A stretch of DNA of 64,000 nt, taken from positions 160,001-224,000 of the forward strand of contig CBDCQT010000013.1 in NCBI GenBank assembly GCA_965220745.1, in the 5' to 3' direction. Below, piece by piece: positions 53,821 to 63,258 of this stretch. The stretch comes from Alphaproteobacteria bacterium (GTDB lineage Bacteria > Pseudomonadota > Alphaproteobacteria > UBA828). Position numbers and translations under genes: made by a program. The notes under the pieces are model-generated. The model saw nothing but the letters and a program-made list of their open reading frames with translations, had not been told where the DNA came from and searched no databases. How positions within the stretch are numbered: the stretch's first letter is position 1; each line of letters starts with the position of its first letter.

Positions 53821-54675
53821 ATGGCGCGATCGTCCAAGACCCATAAGCCTCGGCCCTGGACCTTCTATCCGCTGGCGGTGTTCTTTGGGTTGTTCGTGCT
53901 GTTCCTCTACGGCCCGATGTTCTGCATCTACATCCTTTCGTTCCAGGGGCCGAACGCCTCGCTGGTGTTCCCCATGCAGGGCCTCTCGCTGCACTGGTTC
54001 GAGGCTTTGTTCGGCCAGGCGCGGACCGGCGACGTGGGCGGCGCGTTCGCTCGCTCGCTGCCGCTCTCGCTCATCATCCTGGGTATCACCGTGCTCTTCT
54101 CGGTGGCGGCGGGGCTTGCGTTCCGCAGCAGGTTCTTCGGCAACTCGGTGATCTTCTACACGGCGATCGGGAGCCTCGTGGTGCCGGGCCTCGTGCTCGG
54201 CGTCGGCATCACGCTGCTGCTCCAGCTAATGGGCTGGAACGCGCATTGGTACTCCTCTGCGCTCGGCGCGCATCTCACCTGGACGCTGCCCTTCGGGCTG
54301 CTGATCATGTTCGCCGTGTTGAGCCGCTTCGATCCGCGCGTGGAGGAGGCGGCGCGCGACCTCGGCGCGAGCAACCTGCAGTCCCTGCGCTACGTGATGA
54401 TCCCGATCCTGCTGCCGGGCATCATCGCGGTGGCGCTCTTCGGCTTCACGCTCTCCTACGACGAGTTCCCGCGCAGCACGTTCACGGTCGGCGCCCGTAA
54501 CACGCTGCCGCTGGAAATCTGGAGCATGACGACCAACATCACGTCGCCGGCGCTCTACGCGCTCGGCACGGTGACGACGGCGATCTCCTTCTTCATCATT
54601 CTGATCTCGCTGACCGCCATCGGCCTGATCCAATCGCGGCGCCAGCGCTCCCAGCGGCAGGGGCCGGGAGGGTAG
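53821..54675 (+). CDS. PotC-like ABC permease
   Basis: EEAARDLGA, FTLSYDE and TLPLEI. Confidence 0.88.
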   Translation: MARSSKTHKPRPWTFYPLAVFFGLFVLFLYGPMFCIYILSFQGPNASLVFPMQGLSLHWFEALFGQARTGDVGGAFARSLPLSLIILGITVLFSVAAGLAFRSRFFGNSVIFYTAIGSLVVPGLVLGVGITLLLQLMGWNAHWYSSALGAHLTWTLPFGLLIMFAVLSRFDPRVEEAARDLGASNLQSLRYVMIPILLPGIIAVALFGFTLSYDEFPRSTFTVGARNTLPLEIWSMTTNITSPALYALGTVTTAISFFIILISLTAIGLIQSRRQRSQRQGPGG

Positions 54676-54694
54676 GCGGGCGTCGCGGGGCCGA

Positions 54695-55234
54695 TCAGGC
54701 CCGTTGACGCGTCACCATCCGCTTGGTGCCCTCGTAGCGGAGGCTCTTGCAGAGGCGGGCGAAGCCGTCGAGGTTCTCCACGATTCGCGCGAAGATGCAG
54801 CCTTGGTTGGGATGCGGCGTGTCGCCGTACCAGAGCGTGGTGGGGAAGCGCATCCCGGCGTGGCGGCCATAGGCGAAGGTGACCTCCTTGAGCCAGGGGT
54901 CCCAGATGAAGTCGCCGGGGGCCATCCTCGTCTGCCGGTTCTCCAGCTCGTAGCCGAGCGCCGGCACCATGTCGACGCGGTCCAGATAGAACGCCGCGTG
55001 GCCGAAGAAGGCGCAATGGATGATGTAGGCGTCGATCGGCATCATGTCCCAGAAGGCATCGCAGGTCTTGGGGGCGGCGGTCTCCAGCAGCGCGCCGACG
55101 CAGACCTCGCCGTCGATCTCGATTTCGAAGTGGCGGAAACTGTCGGGGATGTCATTGGGGATCTCGAACTGGTCGTACCACCACTCGTCCCACATCTCGC
55201 GCTGAGCAACCGTATCGACCGATTTGTCCGCCAT
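54695..55234 (-). CDS. DUF3830-like (cyclophilin-like fold) protein
   Basis: APKTCDAFW..P, IIH, LEN..APGD and FARIVENLDGF pattern. AAGGAGG RBS present. Confidence 0.6.
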   Translation of the reverse strand: MADKSVDTVAQREMWDEWWYDQFEIPNDIPDSFRHFEIEIDGEVCVGALLETAAPKTCDAFWDMMPIDAYIIHCAFFGHAAFYLDRVDMVPALGYELENRQTRMAPGDFIWDPWLKEVTFAYGRHAGMRFPTTLWYGDTPHPNQGCIFARIVENLDGFARLCKSLRYEGTKRMVTRQRA

Positions 55235-55368
55235 GAATGCCTCCTTCGTTTTGGCGCCGTGCCTCCGGGGAGCGACGGTAATGATACGAAATCGTTGCCG
55301 GTACCAGGCAACCTCTTTGCCGTGCAGTCCGGAAGGAGCAGGAACGCGTCTGCGAACCGGCGTCGGCG

Positions 55369-55402
55369 TGGACAAGGGCGTGCTGATGAGCTACATTGTA
55401 GC
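55369..55402 (+). promoter_or_regulatory. dinJ-yafQ promoter with palindromic operator
   Basis: TGGACA-N17-TACATT. The dyad GCTACA-T-TGTAGC (55390-55402) covers the -10 box. Confidence 0.65.
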
Positions 55403-55430
55403 CCAATAATGCATCCTCGAGGATCGGATC

Positions 55431-55688
55431 ATGAACACCGTCGTCCGCGCCCGCATAGACGAAAAGACCAAGGACGAGGCCGCTGCGGTGCTGGCCGCGA
55501 TCGGCCTTACTGTGTCCGACGCCTTTCGTTTGATGATGGTGCGGATCGCCACCGAGAAGCGACTGCCCTTCGAGCCCCTGGTGCCCAATGACGAGACGAT
55601 CGAGGCCATGAAAGCTGCTCGGCGCGGTGACCTGATCGCCGTCGGAGGCGTGTCTGAACTGATGACCGATCTGAATGCGGACGATTAG
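55431..55688 (+). CDS. dinJ: RelB/DinJ family antitoxin
   Basis: VRARIDE, GLTVSDAFR and LPFEPLVPNDETIEAM. Confidence 0.88.
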   Translation: MNTVVRARIDEKTKDEAAAVLAAIGLTVSDAFRLMMVRIATEKRLPFEPLVPNDETIEAMKAARRGDLIAVGGVSELMTDLNADD

Positions 55689-55956
55689 ACGGACCGCCGC
55701 GTTCAAACGAGACTACAGACGCGAGAAGAAAGGCCGCTTCGCCAAGACCCTCGACCTAGAGGTCGAGAACGTCGTAGCCGATCTGGCATCCGATCGGCCC
55801 CTACCGCAACGTCATCACGATCACGCGTTGACCGGGCCGTGGAAGGACCATCGCGACTGCCACGTTCGGCCCGATCTGGTTTTAATCTATCGCAAGCCGG
55901 ATACCGACTATCTCGACCTCGTACGTTTGGGCTCCCACAGCGAGCTCGGTCTTTGA
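55675..55956 (+). CDS. yafQ: YafQ family mRNA interferase toxin
   Basis: FKRDY, DHALTG, RDCHVRPDLVLIY and RLGSHSEL. Confidence 0.9.
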   Translation: MRTIRRTAAFKRDYRREKKGRFAKTLDLEVENVVADLASDRPLPQRHHDHALTGPWKDHRDCHVRPDLVLIYRKPDTDYLDLVRLGSHSELGL

Positions 55957-56084
55957 CCGGAGCGGTTGTCGGGTGCAACGAGTCCTCTCTCGATGAAGCT
56001 GGTATTGGGGTGTGGGAGCCGACCGCCGATGGTGGAAAGGGCGGGGCCGTTCGGCATCGCGAGAGCCTGATATAATACCACCCC

Positions 56085-57467
56085 ATGAATCTCCATCGGA
56101 TGCTTGAAGAGCGCGCCCGGGCCGGCAAACCCGTGCGCGTCGGACTGATCGGCGCCGGCAAGTTCGGCACCATGTTCCTGGCCCAGGCGCAGCGCACGCC
56201 CGGCCTTCACGTGATGGCCGTGGCGGACCTGGATCCCGCCCGCGCCGATGCCGCGCTCGCCCGCGCCGGCTGGGAGGAAGGCGAGCGCCGCGTGCGCTCC
56301 TTCGCCCAGGCCATGCAAAGCGGCGGCACCCACGTCTGCGACGATGCGTTCGCACTGATCGGGGCGGACGGCCTGGACGTCGTTATCGACGCGACCGGGC
56401 ACCCGGCCGCGGGCATCGCCCATGCCCGTGCCTGCTTCGCCGCCGGGTGCCATGTGGTGATGGTCAACGTCGAGGCTGACTGCCTTGCCGGGCCGCTGCT
56501 CGCCAAAGAAGCGGCAGAGGCCGGTGTGGTCTATTCGCTCGCCTACGGCGACCAGCCGGCGCTGATCACGGAGATGGTGGATTGGGCGCGGGCTTCGGGC
56601 CTCGATGTCGTCGCCGCCGGTAAGGGCACGCGCTACCAGCCGGGCTTCCACCACGTGACGCCGGACGATGTCTGGACCCACTACGGGCTCACGCCGGCGG
56701 AGGCCGAGGCCGGCGGCATGAACCCGCAGATGTTCAACTCCTTCCTGGACGGCACCAAGTCGGCGATCGAGATGACCGCCGTCGCCAATGCCACAGGGCT
56801 CACGCCTGCGCCCGAGGGGTTGCGCTTCCCGCCCTGCGGGGTCGACGACCTGCCGACAGTGCTCCGGCCGCGCGAGGACGGCGGCACGCTGCACCACAAG
56901 GGCCAGGTCGAGGTGATCGCGAGCGAGGCGCGGGATGGCAGCGCGCTCAACGGGCACCTGCGCTGGGGTGTCTATGCGGTGTTCGAGGCCGGCACCGAGT
57001 ATGTCGCGGCCTGCTTCCGCGAGTACGGGCTCTGTACCGATTCCACGGGGCGCTACGCCTCTATGTACAAGCCCTATCACCTGATCGGGCTGGAGCTCGG
57101 TATCTCGGTGGCGTCCGCCGCCCTGCGCGGCGAGGCCACCGGTGCGCCGACCGGGTTCCGCGCCGACGCGGTGGCCTGCACCAAGGCGCATCTGCAGGCT
57201 GGCACGCGGCTCGATGGGGAAGGGGGCTACACCGTCTTTGGCCGGCTGATGCCGGCTGCGGCGAGCCTCGCCGGCGGCCACCTGCCCATCGGCCTCGCCC
57301 ACGGCATCAAGCTCACCCGTGCCGTGGAGCCGGACACGCCGCTCACTTGGGACGACGTGACTGCCGACGAGGACGATACGGCGGCGGAGGCGGTGCGAAC
57401 CCGGCGCGCGATGGAGACGGCGTTCACACCCGAAGAGCCGGCGGCGCAGGCGGCTACGCCTGCTTGA
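56085..57467 (+). CDS. Homoserine-dehydrogenase-like NAD(P) oxidoreductase with a C-terminal SAF domain
   Basis: GAGKFG, NVEAD, GDQP, DGTKSAIE and LDGEGGYTV. Confidence 0.82.
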   Translation: MNLHRMLEERARAGKPVRVGLIGAGKFGTMFLAQAQRTPGLHVMAVADLDPARADAALARAGWEEGERRVRSFAQAMQSGGTHVCDDAFALIGADGLDVVIDATGHPAAGIAHARACFAAGCHVVMVNVEADCLAGPLLAKEAAEAGVVYSLAYGDQPALITEMVDWARASGLDVVAAGKGTRYQPGFHHVTPDDVWTHYGLTPAEAEAGGMNPQMFNSFLDGTKSAIEMTAVANATGLTPAPEGLRFPPCGVDDLPTVLRPREDGGTLHHKGQVEVIASEARDGSALNGHLRWGVYAVFEAGTEYVAACFREYGLCTDSTGRYASMYKPYHLIGLELGISVASAALRGEATGAPTGFRADAVACTKAHLQAGTRLDGEGGYTVFGRLMPAAASLAGGHLPIGLAHGIKLTRAVEPDTPLTWDDVTADEDDTAAEAVRTRRAMETAFTPEEPAAQAATPA

Positions 57468-57478
57468 GGGGGAGAATC

Positions 57479-58303
57479 ATGCCCAAGCACCTTTCCGCCG
57501 AGGCCGTCGCGGCCTACGAGCGGGACGGCTTCCACTTCCCGGTCCTGGCCATTTCTGCCGCGGAGGCCCGCGTGATCCGGGCCGACGTGGAGGCCGCCGA
57601 GCGGCATTTTGCAGAACAAGGCGAGCGGATGCGCCATCGGCCCCACCTGCTGGTGACGGCGCTCGATCGCCTAATCCGCAACGAGACGGTGCTCGACGCG
57701 GTGGAGGACCTGCTCGGCCCCAACCTCCTCTGCTGGACCTCGCTTTTCTTCACCAAGGACGCGCACGATCCGGCTTACGTCTCCTGGCACCAGGACTCGA
57801 CCTATTGGGGCCTGAGCAGCCTCGAGGTGGTGACCGCCTGGATCGCGCTCTCGCCCAGCACGGTGGAATCGGGTGCCATGCGGGTCGCGCCCGGCACCCA
57901 TAAGTTCGATCAGATCTCCCACCGCGACGCTTACGGCGAGCACAACATGCTCACGCGCGGCCAGATCGTGGAGCACGATGTGGACGAGGACGCGGCCGTC
58001 GATGTCGTGCTGCAGCCGGGCGAGGCCTCGCTGCACCACGTGCGCCTGATCCACGGCTCCGGCCCCAACAACTCGGACGACCGGCGCATCGGCTTCGCCA
58101 TCCGCTACATCCCCACGCATGTAAAGAACGTGGTCGGGCGCGACTTTGCGGCGCTGGTGCGCGGCATCGACGAGTACGGTTACTTCGATATCGAACGCCG
58201 GCCCGAGCGGGACCTGGAGCCCGAGGCGTTGGCGGCCTACGAGGCCGCGAACGCGAGCCACAATGCTGTGCTCTACGCGGGCGCGGCACAGATGCGCGGC
58301 TGA
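57479..58303 (+). CDS. Phytanoyl-CoA dioxygenase (PhyH) family Fe(II)/2OG oxygenase
   Basis: WHQD (HxD), distal HGSGPN and RRIG. Confidence 0.87.
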   Translation: MPKHLSAEAVAAYERDGFHFPVLAISAAEARVIRADVEAAERHFAEQGERMRHRPHLLVTALDRLIRNETVLDAVEDLLGPNLLCWTSLFFTKDAHDPAYVSWHQDSTYWGLSSLEVVTAWIALSPSTVESGAMRVAPGTHKFDQISHRDAYGEHNMLTRGQIVEHDVDEDAAVDVVLQPGEASLHHVRLIHGSGPNNSDDRRIGFAIRYIPTHVKNVVGRDFAALVRGIDEYGYFDIERRPERDLEPEALAAYEAANASHNAVLYAGAAQMRG

Positions 58304-58354
58304 TCCGTAACCCATCCCACCTTGTCCCCCTCCCCGGAGGAAAAGCGTAAAGCG

Positions 58355-60391
58355 ATGGCCGGCGACTCGCTGCTCTGGACGCCGTTTCGACTGCGCGGAC
58401 TCGAACTCCGCAACCGCTTCGTCCTGCTGGCCCACTGGAACGGGCTCGACGCGCCAGACGGGACCCCGACGGAGGACCTCGCCGCCTATTACGCGACGCG
58501 GGCACGCGGCGGGGCTGGTCTCATCGTGACTGGCAGCCACGCCATGCATCCGGTCGGCCAGATGAGCCCGAATTACGGCCGGGCGTGGGATCGGGAGGCT
58601 ATTCCGGCCTACCGGCGCCTCGTCGAAGCGGTCCATCCCCACGGCGCGCACGTCTTTGCCCAGCTCAGCCACGCCGGGCATACCAGCCTCAGCCATCCGC
58701 CACGGGAGCTCTGGGCACCCTCGCAGATGCCCGAGCCGTACTCGCGCTACAACACGGTCGAGATGGGGCCGGCGGAGATCAAGGCGGTGGTCGAGGGATT
58801 CGCGGCGTCGGCGGTCAACATGCGCGAGGCGGGCTACGACGGGGTCGAGATCAAGGTCGGTCACGACGGCCTCCTGCGCAGCTTCGTCTCGCCGTTCTTC
58901 AACCGCAGGCAAGACGCCTACGGCGGCTCGTTCGAGAACCGCATGCGCCTTCCACTCGAAGTGCTCGCGGCGATGCGGGACGCGGTTGGCCCCGACTGGC
59001 CCATCTCGGTCCGCCTCTGCCTGCATGAGTACACCCCGTTCGGCTACGGCCTGGACTACGGTCTTGAGGTGGGCCGGGCGCTCGCGGCAAGCGGGCATGT
59101 CGATCTCTTCAGCTCGGACGCGGGATCGTTCAGCAGCTTCTGGATGGAGGTCCCGCCGGCAGCGGTGCCGCAGCTCGCCTTCAATGACCTGAATGCCGCT
59201 CTCAAGCGCGCGACCCCGATCCCGGTGGTCGCCTTCGGCCGGATCAAGAAGCCGGTGGATGCCGAGCGGATCCTGCGTGACGGCGATGCCGACCTCATCG
59301 GCATGGCGCGCCCGCTCATCGCGGACCCGGAGCTGCCCAACAAGGTCCGCGAGGGCCGGCTTCGCGAAGTGCGGCCCTGCATCGCCTGCAACGACGCCTG
59401 CATCCTGCAGATCATGCAGCGAGACCCGATCCGCTGCGTGTCGAACCCCGCGGCCGGGCGCGAACTGCGGCGCAGTGCCGTGATGCCGGCAACGACGCCC
59501 GGTCACGTGGCGGTGATCGGCGGCGGCCCGGCCGGGCTGAGCGCCGCGGTGACCCTTGCGCGGCGCGGCCATCGCGTCACCCTGTTCGAACGCGAGAACG
59601 AGCCGGGTGGCCTCATCCGGCTCGCCGCACGCCAGCCGCTTCACGCCGAAATCGGGGAAGCAGTGCTGCATCTCGCCTCTGAGGCGGAACGTCTCGGGGT
59701 CGATGTTCGGTTGGGCGTGGAGGCGAGTGCGGACGCGATCGAGGCGCTCGGCCCCGACGCGCTGGTCGTCGCCACCGGCTCGCGCCCCTACATGCCGGGG
59801 CGCGCCGCCCCCGACGGGCCGAGCCCCCCTGTCGCGTTGGAGGGCCTCTGGGCCTCGATGGGCGGGCTCGTCCCCGGCGTCGCCGACGACCCGCGAGTGG
59901 TCTCCACCGACGACGTGATGTCGGGACGTGTCGACGCGGGCCACAGCGTCGTGGTACTCGACCGCAACGCGCACTGGGAGGCGTGCGGCACCGCCGAGTT
60001 TCTGCTGGAGGCGGGTCGGCAGGTTGAGTTCGTGACGCCGCTCGGGGCGGCCGGAGCGGACCTCGAACCGAGCAACGCCGCGCTCTTCTATCAGCGCGTC
60101 CGTCCGCGCGGGCTTCGCATCACCTTGCACGCTGACATCCGCGCGATCGAGCCGGAGGGCGTGGTCCTGGTCGACGTCCACACCAACGAAGAACGGGTCC
60201 TCCGCGATGTGGATACGATCGTGCTCGCCATCGGGCGCCGATCGAACGACGCGCTTTTCTGGATGTTGCGAGAGCGGCTGCCCACCTTCCGCATCGGAGA
60301 CTGCCGCGCGCCGCGCTTGCTCCAGCATGCGATCTACGACGGGGACACCATCGGGCGCGAGCTCGAAGCGCAGCTCGCCGCGGCCGAATGA
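58355..60391 (+). CDS. FadH/OYE-like NADH:flavin oxidoreductase (TIM barrel, 4Fe-4S, FAD domain)
   Basis: RARGGAGL, YGGSFENR, CIACNDAC..C and GGGPAG. Confidence 0.87.
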   Translation: MAGDSLLWTPFRLRGLELRNRFVLLAHWNGLDAPDGTPTEDLAAYYATRARGGAGLIVTGSHAMHPVGQMSPNYGRAWDREAIPAYRRLVEAVHPHGAHVFAQLSHAGHTSLSHPPRELWAPSQMPEPYSRYNTVEMGPAEIKAVVEGFAASAVNMREAGYDGVEIKVGHDGLLRSFVSPFFNRRQDAYGGSFENRMRLPLEVLAAMRDAVGPDWPISVRLCLHEYTPFGYGLDYGLEVGRALAASGHVDLFSSDAGSFSSFWMEVPPAAVPQLAFNDLNAALKRATPIPVVAFGRIKKPVDAERILRDGDADLIGMARPLIADPELPNKVREGRLREVRPCIACNDACILQIMQRDPIRCVSNPAAGRELRRSAVMPATTPGHVAVIGGGPAGLSAAVTLARRGHRVTLFERENEPGGLIRLAARQPLHAEIGEAVLHLASEAERLGVDVRLGVEASADAIEALGPDALVVATGSRPYMPGRAAPDGPSPPVALEGLWASMGGLVPGVADDPRVVSTDDVMSGRVDAGHSVVVLDRNAHWEACGTAEFLLEAGRQVEFVTPLGAAGADLEPSNAALFYQRVRPRGLRITLHADIRAIEPEGVVLVDVHTNEERVLRDVDTIVLAIGRRSNDALFWMLRERLPTFRIGDCRAPRLLQHAIYDGDTIGRELEAQLAAAE

Positions 60392-60434
60392 CAACGGTTG
60401 CGGTGCGGGCGGGCGTCCCAGGATGGAGGATTCC

Positions 60435-61847
60435 ATGACGGATTTGTCCCTCGCCTACACACCGGCGACGACGCTCGCCGGATTGATCAGGGAGAGGAAG
60501 GTCTCGCCCGTCGAGGTGGTGCAGAACAGTCTCGCCCGTATCGAGGAGGTGAACGGCGCGCTCAATGCGTTCTGCTTCACCTATCCCGAGGAAGCGCTGG
60601 CTCACGCACGGGAGGCCGAGCGCGCGATCATGGCGGGAGAGCCGCTCGGGCCGCTCCACGGCGTGCCCATCGCCATCAAGGACCTGACGCCGACCAAGGG
60701 AAAGCGAACCACGCTCGGCTCCCTGATCTACGAGAACTGGGTGCCGGACTTCGACGTGCCCATCGTCGAGCGCCTGCGCGCCGCAGGCAGCATCCTGGTG
60801 GGCAAGACCACGACGCCCGAGTTCGCCTACGCCGGCTTCTGCAAGAGCGCGCTCTGGGGCGACACCAATAATCCCTGGAATACGACGCGCTCGCCGGGCG
60901 GCTCGTCCGGTGGGTCGGGCGCTGCGGTCGCGACCGGCTGCGTACCTCTCGCGGAGGGGACCGACGCGGGAGGCTCGGTCCGCATTCCGGCGGCCTATTG
61001 CGGCACTGTCGGCCTGAAACCGACGTTCGGGCGCATCCCGCTCCAGATGCTGCCAACCGCGTTCGACGACCTGCTTCACTTCGGCCCGCTCTCGCGGACG
61101 GTGGCGGACGCTGCGCTGTTTCTGAGCGTCACCCAGGGCCCCGACGATCGCGACTTTCTGTCGCTGCCTGCGGGACCCGACATCCAGGTGCCGCCGCCAG
61201 CGGACATCCGGGGCCTCAAGCTCGCGGTGAACGACGACTTCGGCTTCTACGCCATCGACGACGACGTGCGCGCCCAGACCCGGGAGGCCGTGCGTGCTCT
61301 CGAAGATGCCGGGGCCACGGTCGAGGATGTGGAGATCGCCTGGACCCGCGACGTCATCGATCGCTGGGTCGATCACTGGGGCGTGCTGCAGGCCGTCTGC
61401 TTCGGCCAGCATCTCGACGAGTGGCGGGAGCGGATGGATCCGGTGCTGGTCTCCTACATGGACAGGGGCCTCGCCATGAGCGCGCTCGATTTCAAGAACA
61501 TCGAGATCTTCCGCACGCAGATGTGGGAGGACCTGCGGCCGATCTTCGCCGAGTACGACGCGCTGCTGACGCCCACCTGCGCGCAGCCGCCCCCGCCCAA
61601 CGACACGCTCGATCCGGACTATTACCGCCTGGACGAGCAGGGGCGCTTCTGCGGGCTCTACATGACCTACCCGTTCAACTTTCTGCATCAATGCCCGGCG
61701 CTCGCGGTGCCCTCCGGGGTCACGAGGTCGGGGCTGCCGACCAGCCTGCAGATCGTCGGCCGGCGCCACGACGACAACGGCGTGCTGCGGGTGGGCGCCG
61801 CGCTCGAGGCGGTCCGTCCCTGGGCCGAGCGCAAGCCGCCGCTGTGA
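60435..61847 (+). CDS. Amidase-signature family amidase
   Basis: AIKDL, GGSSGGS and GTDAGGSVRIPA. Confidence 0.9.
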   Translation: MTDLSLAYTPATTLAGLIRERKVSPVEVVQNSLARIEEVNGALNAFCFTYPEEALAHAREAERAIMAGEPLGPLHGVPIAIKDLTPTKGKRTTLGSLIYENWVPDFDVPIVERLRAAGSILVGKTTTPEFAYAGFCKSALWGDTNNPWNTTRSPGGSSGGSGAAVATGCVPLAEGTDAGGSVRIPAAYCGTVGLKPTFGRIPLQMLPTAFDDLLHFGPLSRTVADAALFLSVTQGPDDRDFLSLPAGPDIQVPPPADIRGLKLAVNDDFGFYAIDDDVRAQTREAVRALEDAGATVEDVEIAWTRDVIDRWVDHWGVLQAVCFGQHLDEWRERMDPVLVSYMDRGLAMSALDFKNIEIFRTQMWEDLRPIFAEYDALLTPTCAQPPPPNDTLDPDYYRLDEQGRFCGLYMTYPFNFLHQCPALAVPSGVTRSGLPTSLQIVGRRHDDNGVLRVGAALEAVRPWAERKPPL

Positions 61848-61929
61848 TCCTCCGGCCCTTGCCCGCATTGCGCTTTGACGCAGCCTTGGGCATAAACGCG
61901 GCGCGTTCGTTGGGAGCGAGGCGACGGTC

Positions 61930-63246
61930 ATGCGGCGCTCACGTTACTTCCTGCCGACACTGAGAGAGAACCCGGCCGAGGCGCAAATCGTCTCGCACCG
62001 GCTGATGCTGCGCGCCGGCATGATCCGGCAGTCGAGCGCAGGCATCTACAGCTGGCTGCCCCTCGGCCACCGGGTGCTGCGCAAGATCGAGCAGGTGGTG
62101 CGCGAGGAGATGGACGCCGCCGGCTGCCAAGAAATCCTGATGCCGGCGATCCAGCCGGCCGAGCTCTGGGAGGAGAGCGGTCGCTACCACGACTACGGCA
62201 AGGAGATGCTGCGCATCACCGACCGGCACGAGCGCCCGATGCTGTTCGGCCCGACCCATGAAGAGGTCGTGACCGACATCTTCCGGGGCTCGGTGCGCAG
62301 CTACCGCGACCTGCCGCAGAACCTCTATCAGATTCAGTGGAAGTTCCGGGACGAGCTGCGCCCGCGTTTCGGCATCATGCGGGGCCGCGAGTTCTACATG
62401 AAGGACAACTACTCCTTCGACATCGACCATGCTGGCGCCGTGCGCTCCTACAACAAGATGTTCGTGGCCTATCTGCGCACCTTCGCTCGGCTCGGGCTCA
62501 CCTCGATCCCCATGCAGGCGGAGAGCGGGGCCATCGGCGGCGACTACAGCCACGAGTTCATCGTGCTGGCGGATACGGGCGAGAGCGCCGTCTATTGCGA
62601 CCGCGCCTGGCTCGATACCGACCCGCTCGCGTTGGGGATCGACTACGAGGCGGACCTGCAGCCCATCGTGGACGAGTGGACTCGGCTCTACGCCGCCACC
62701 GACGACAAGCACGACACCGCCGCCTGCCCGGTGCCCGAGGACGCTCTCTACCAGGGGCGGGGCATCGAGGTCGGCCACATCTTCTATTTCGGCACCAAGT
62801 ACTCGAAGGCGATGGGCGCCACGGTGACAGACCCGGACGGCGCCGAGGTCGCGGTCGAGATGGGCTCCTACGGCATCGGCGTCTCGCGCCTCGCGGGCGC
62901 GATCATCGAGGCGGGCCACGACGATGCGGGCATCATCTGGCCCGAGGTCGTGGCCCCGTTCAAAGTGGGCCTGATCAACCTGCGCGCGGGCGATGCGGCG
63001 TGCGACGAGGCCTGCGAAGCGCTCTACGGGCGGCTCGTCGAGGCGGGAGTCGAGGTGCTCTACGACGACCGGGACGAGCGCGCGGGCGTCAAGTTCGCCG
63101 AGATGGAGCTGATCGGGCTGCCCTGGCAGGTCGCGGTCGGCCCGCGCGGTGTCAAGGCGGGCACGGCAGAGCTGAAGGCGCGGGCCGGCGGAGAAGCCGA
63201 TGCGCTCTCGTTCGAGGCGGTGTCGGCGCGCTTGATCGGGGGCTGA
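61930..63246 (+). CDS. proS: Proline--tRNA ligase (short form without the editing insertion)
   Basis: [25 protein letters not shown] and GIEVGHIF. 438 aa. Confidence 0.96.
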   Translation: MRRSRYFLPTLRENPAEAQIVSHRLMLRAGMIRQSSAGIYSWLPLGHRVLRKIEQVVREEMDAAGCQEILMPAIQPAELWEESGRYHDYGKEMLRITDRHERPMLFGPTHEEVVTDIFRGSVRSYRDLPQNLYQIQWKFRDELRPRFGIMRGREFYMKDNYSFDIDHAGAVRSYNKMFVAYLRTFARLGLTSIPMQAESGAIGGDYSHEFIVLADTGESAVYCDRAWLDTDPLALGIDYEADLQPIVDEWTRLYAATDDKHDTAACPVPEDALYQGRGIEVGHIFYFGTKYSKAMGATVTDPDGAEVAVEMGSYGIGVSRLAGAIIEAGHDDAGIIWPEVVAPFKVGLINLRAGDAACDEACEALYGRLVEAGVEVLYDDRDERAGVKFAEMELIGLPWQVAVGPRGVKAGTAELKARAGGEADALSFEAVSARLIGG

Positions 63247-63258
63247 CGGCCGGCGCGC

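Noticed and set aside
57479-58303. Possible Fe/2OG halogenase
   Set aside because: Keeps the HxD carboxylate (HQD); halogenases replace it with Ala or Gly.
57671-60436. 921-aa minus-strand ORF
   Set aside because: Antisense shadow of the PhyH and OYE genes.
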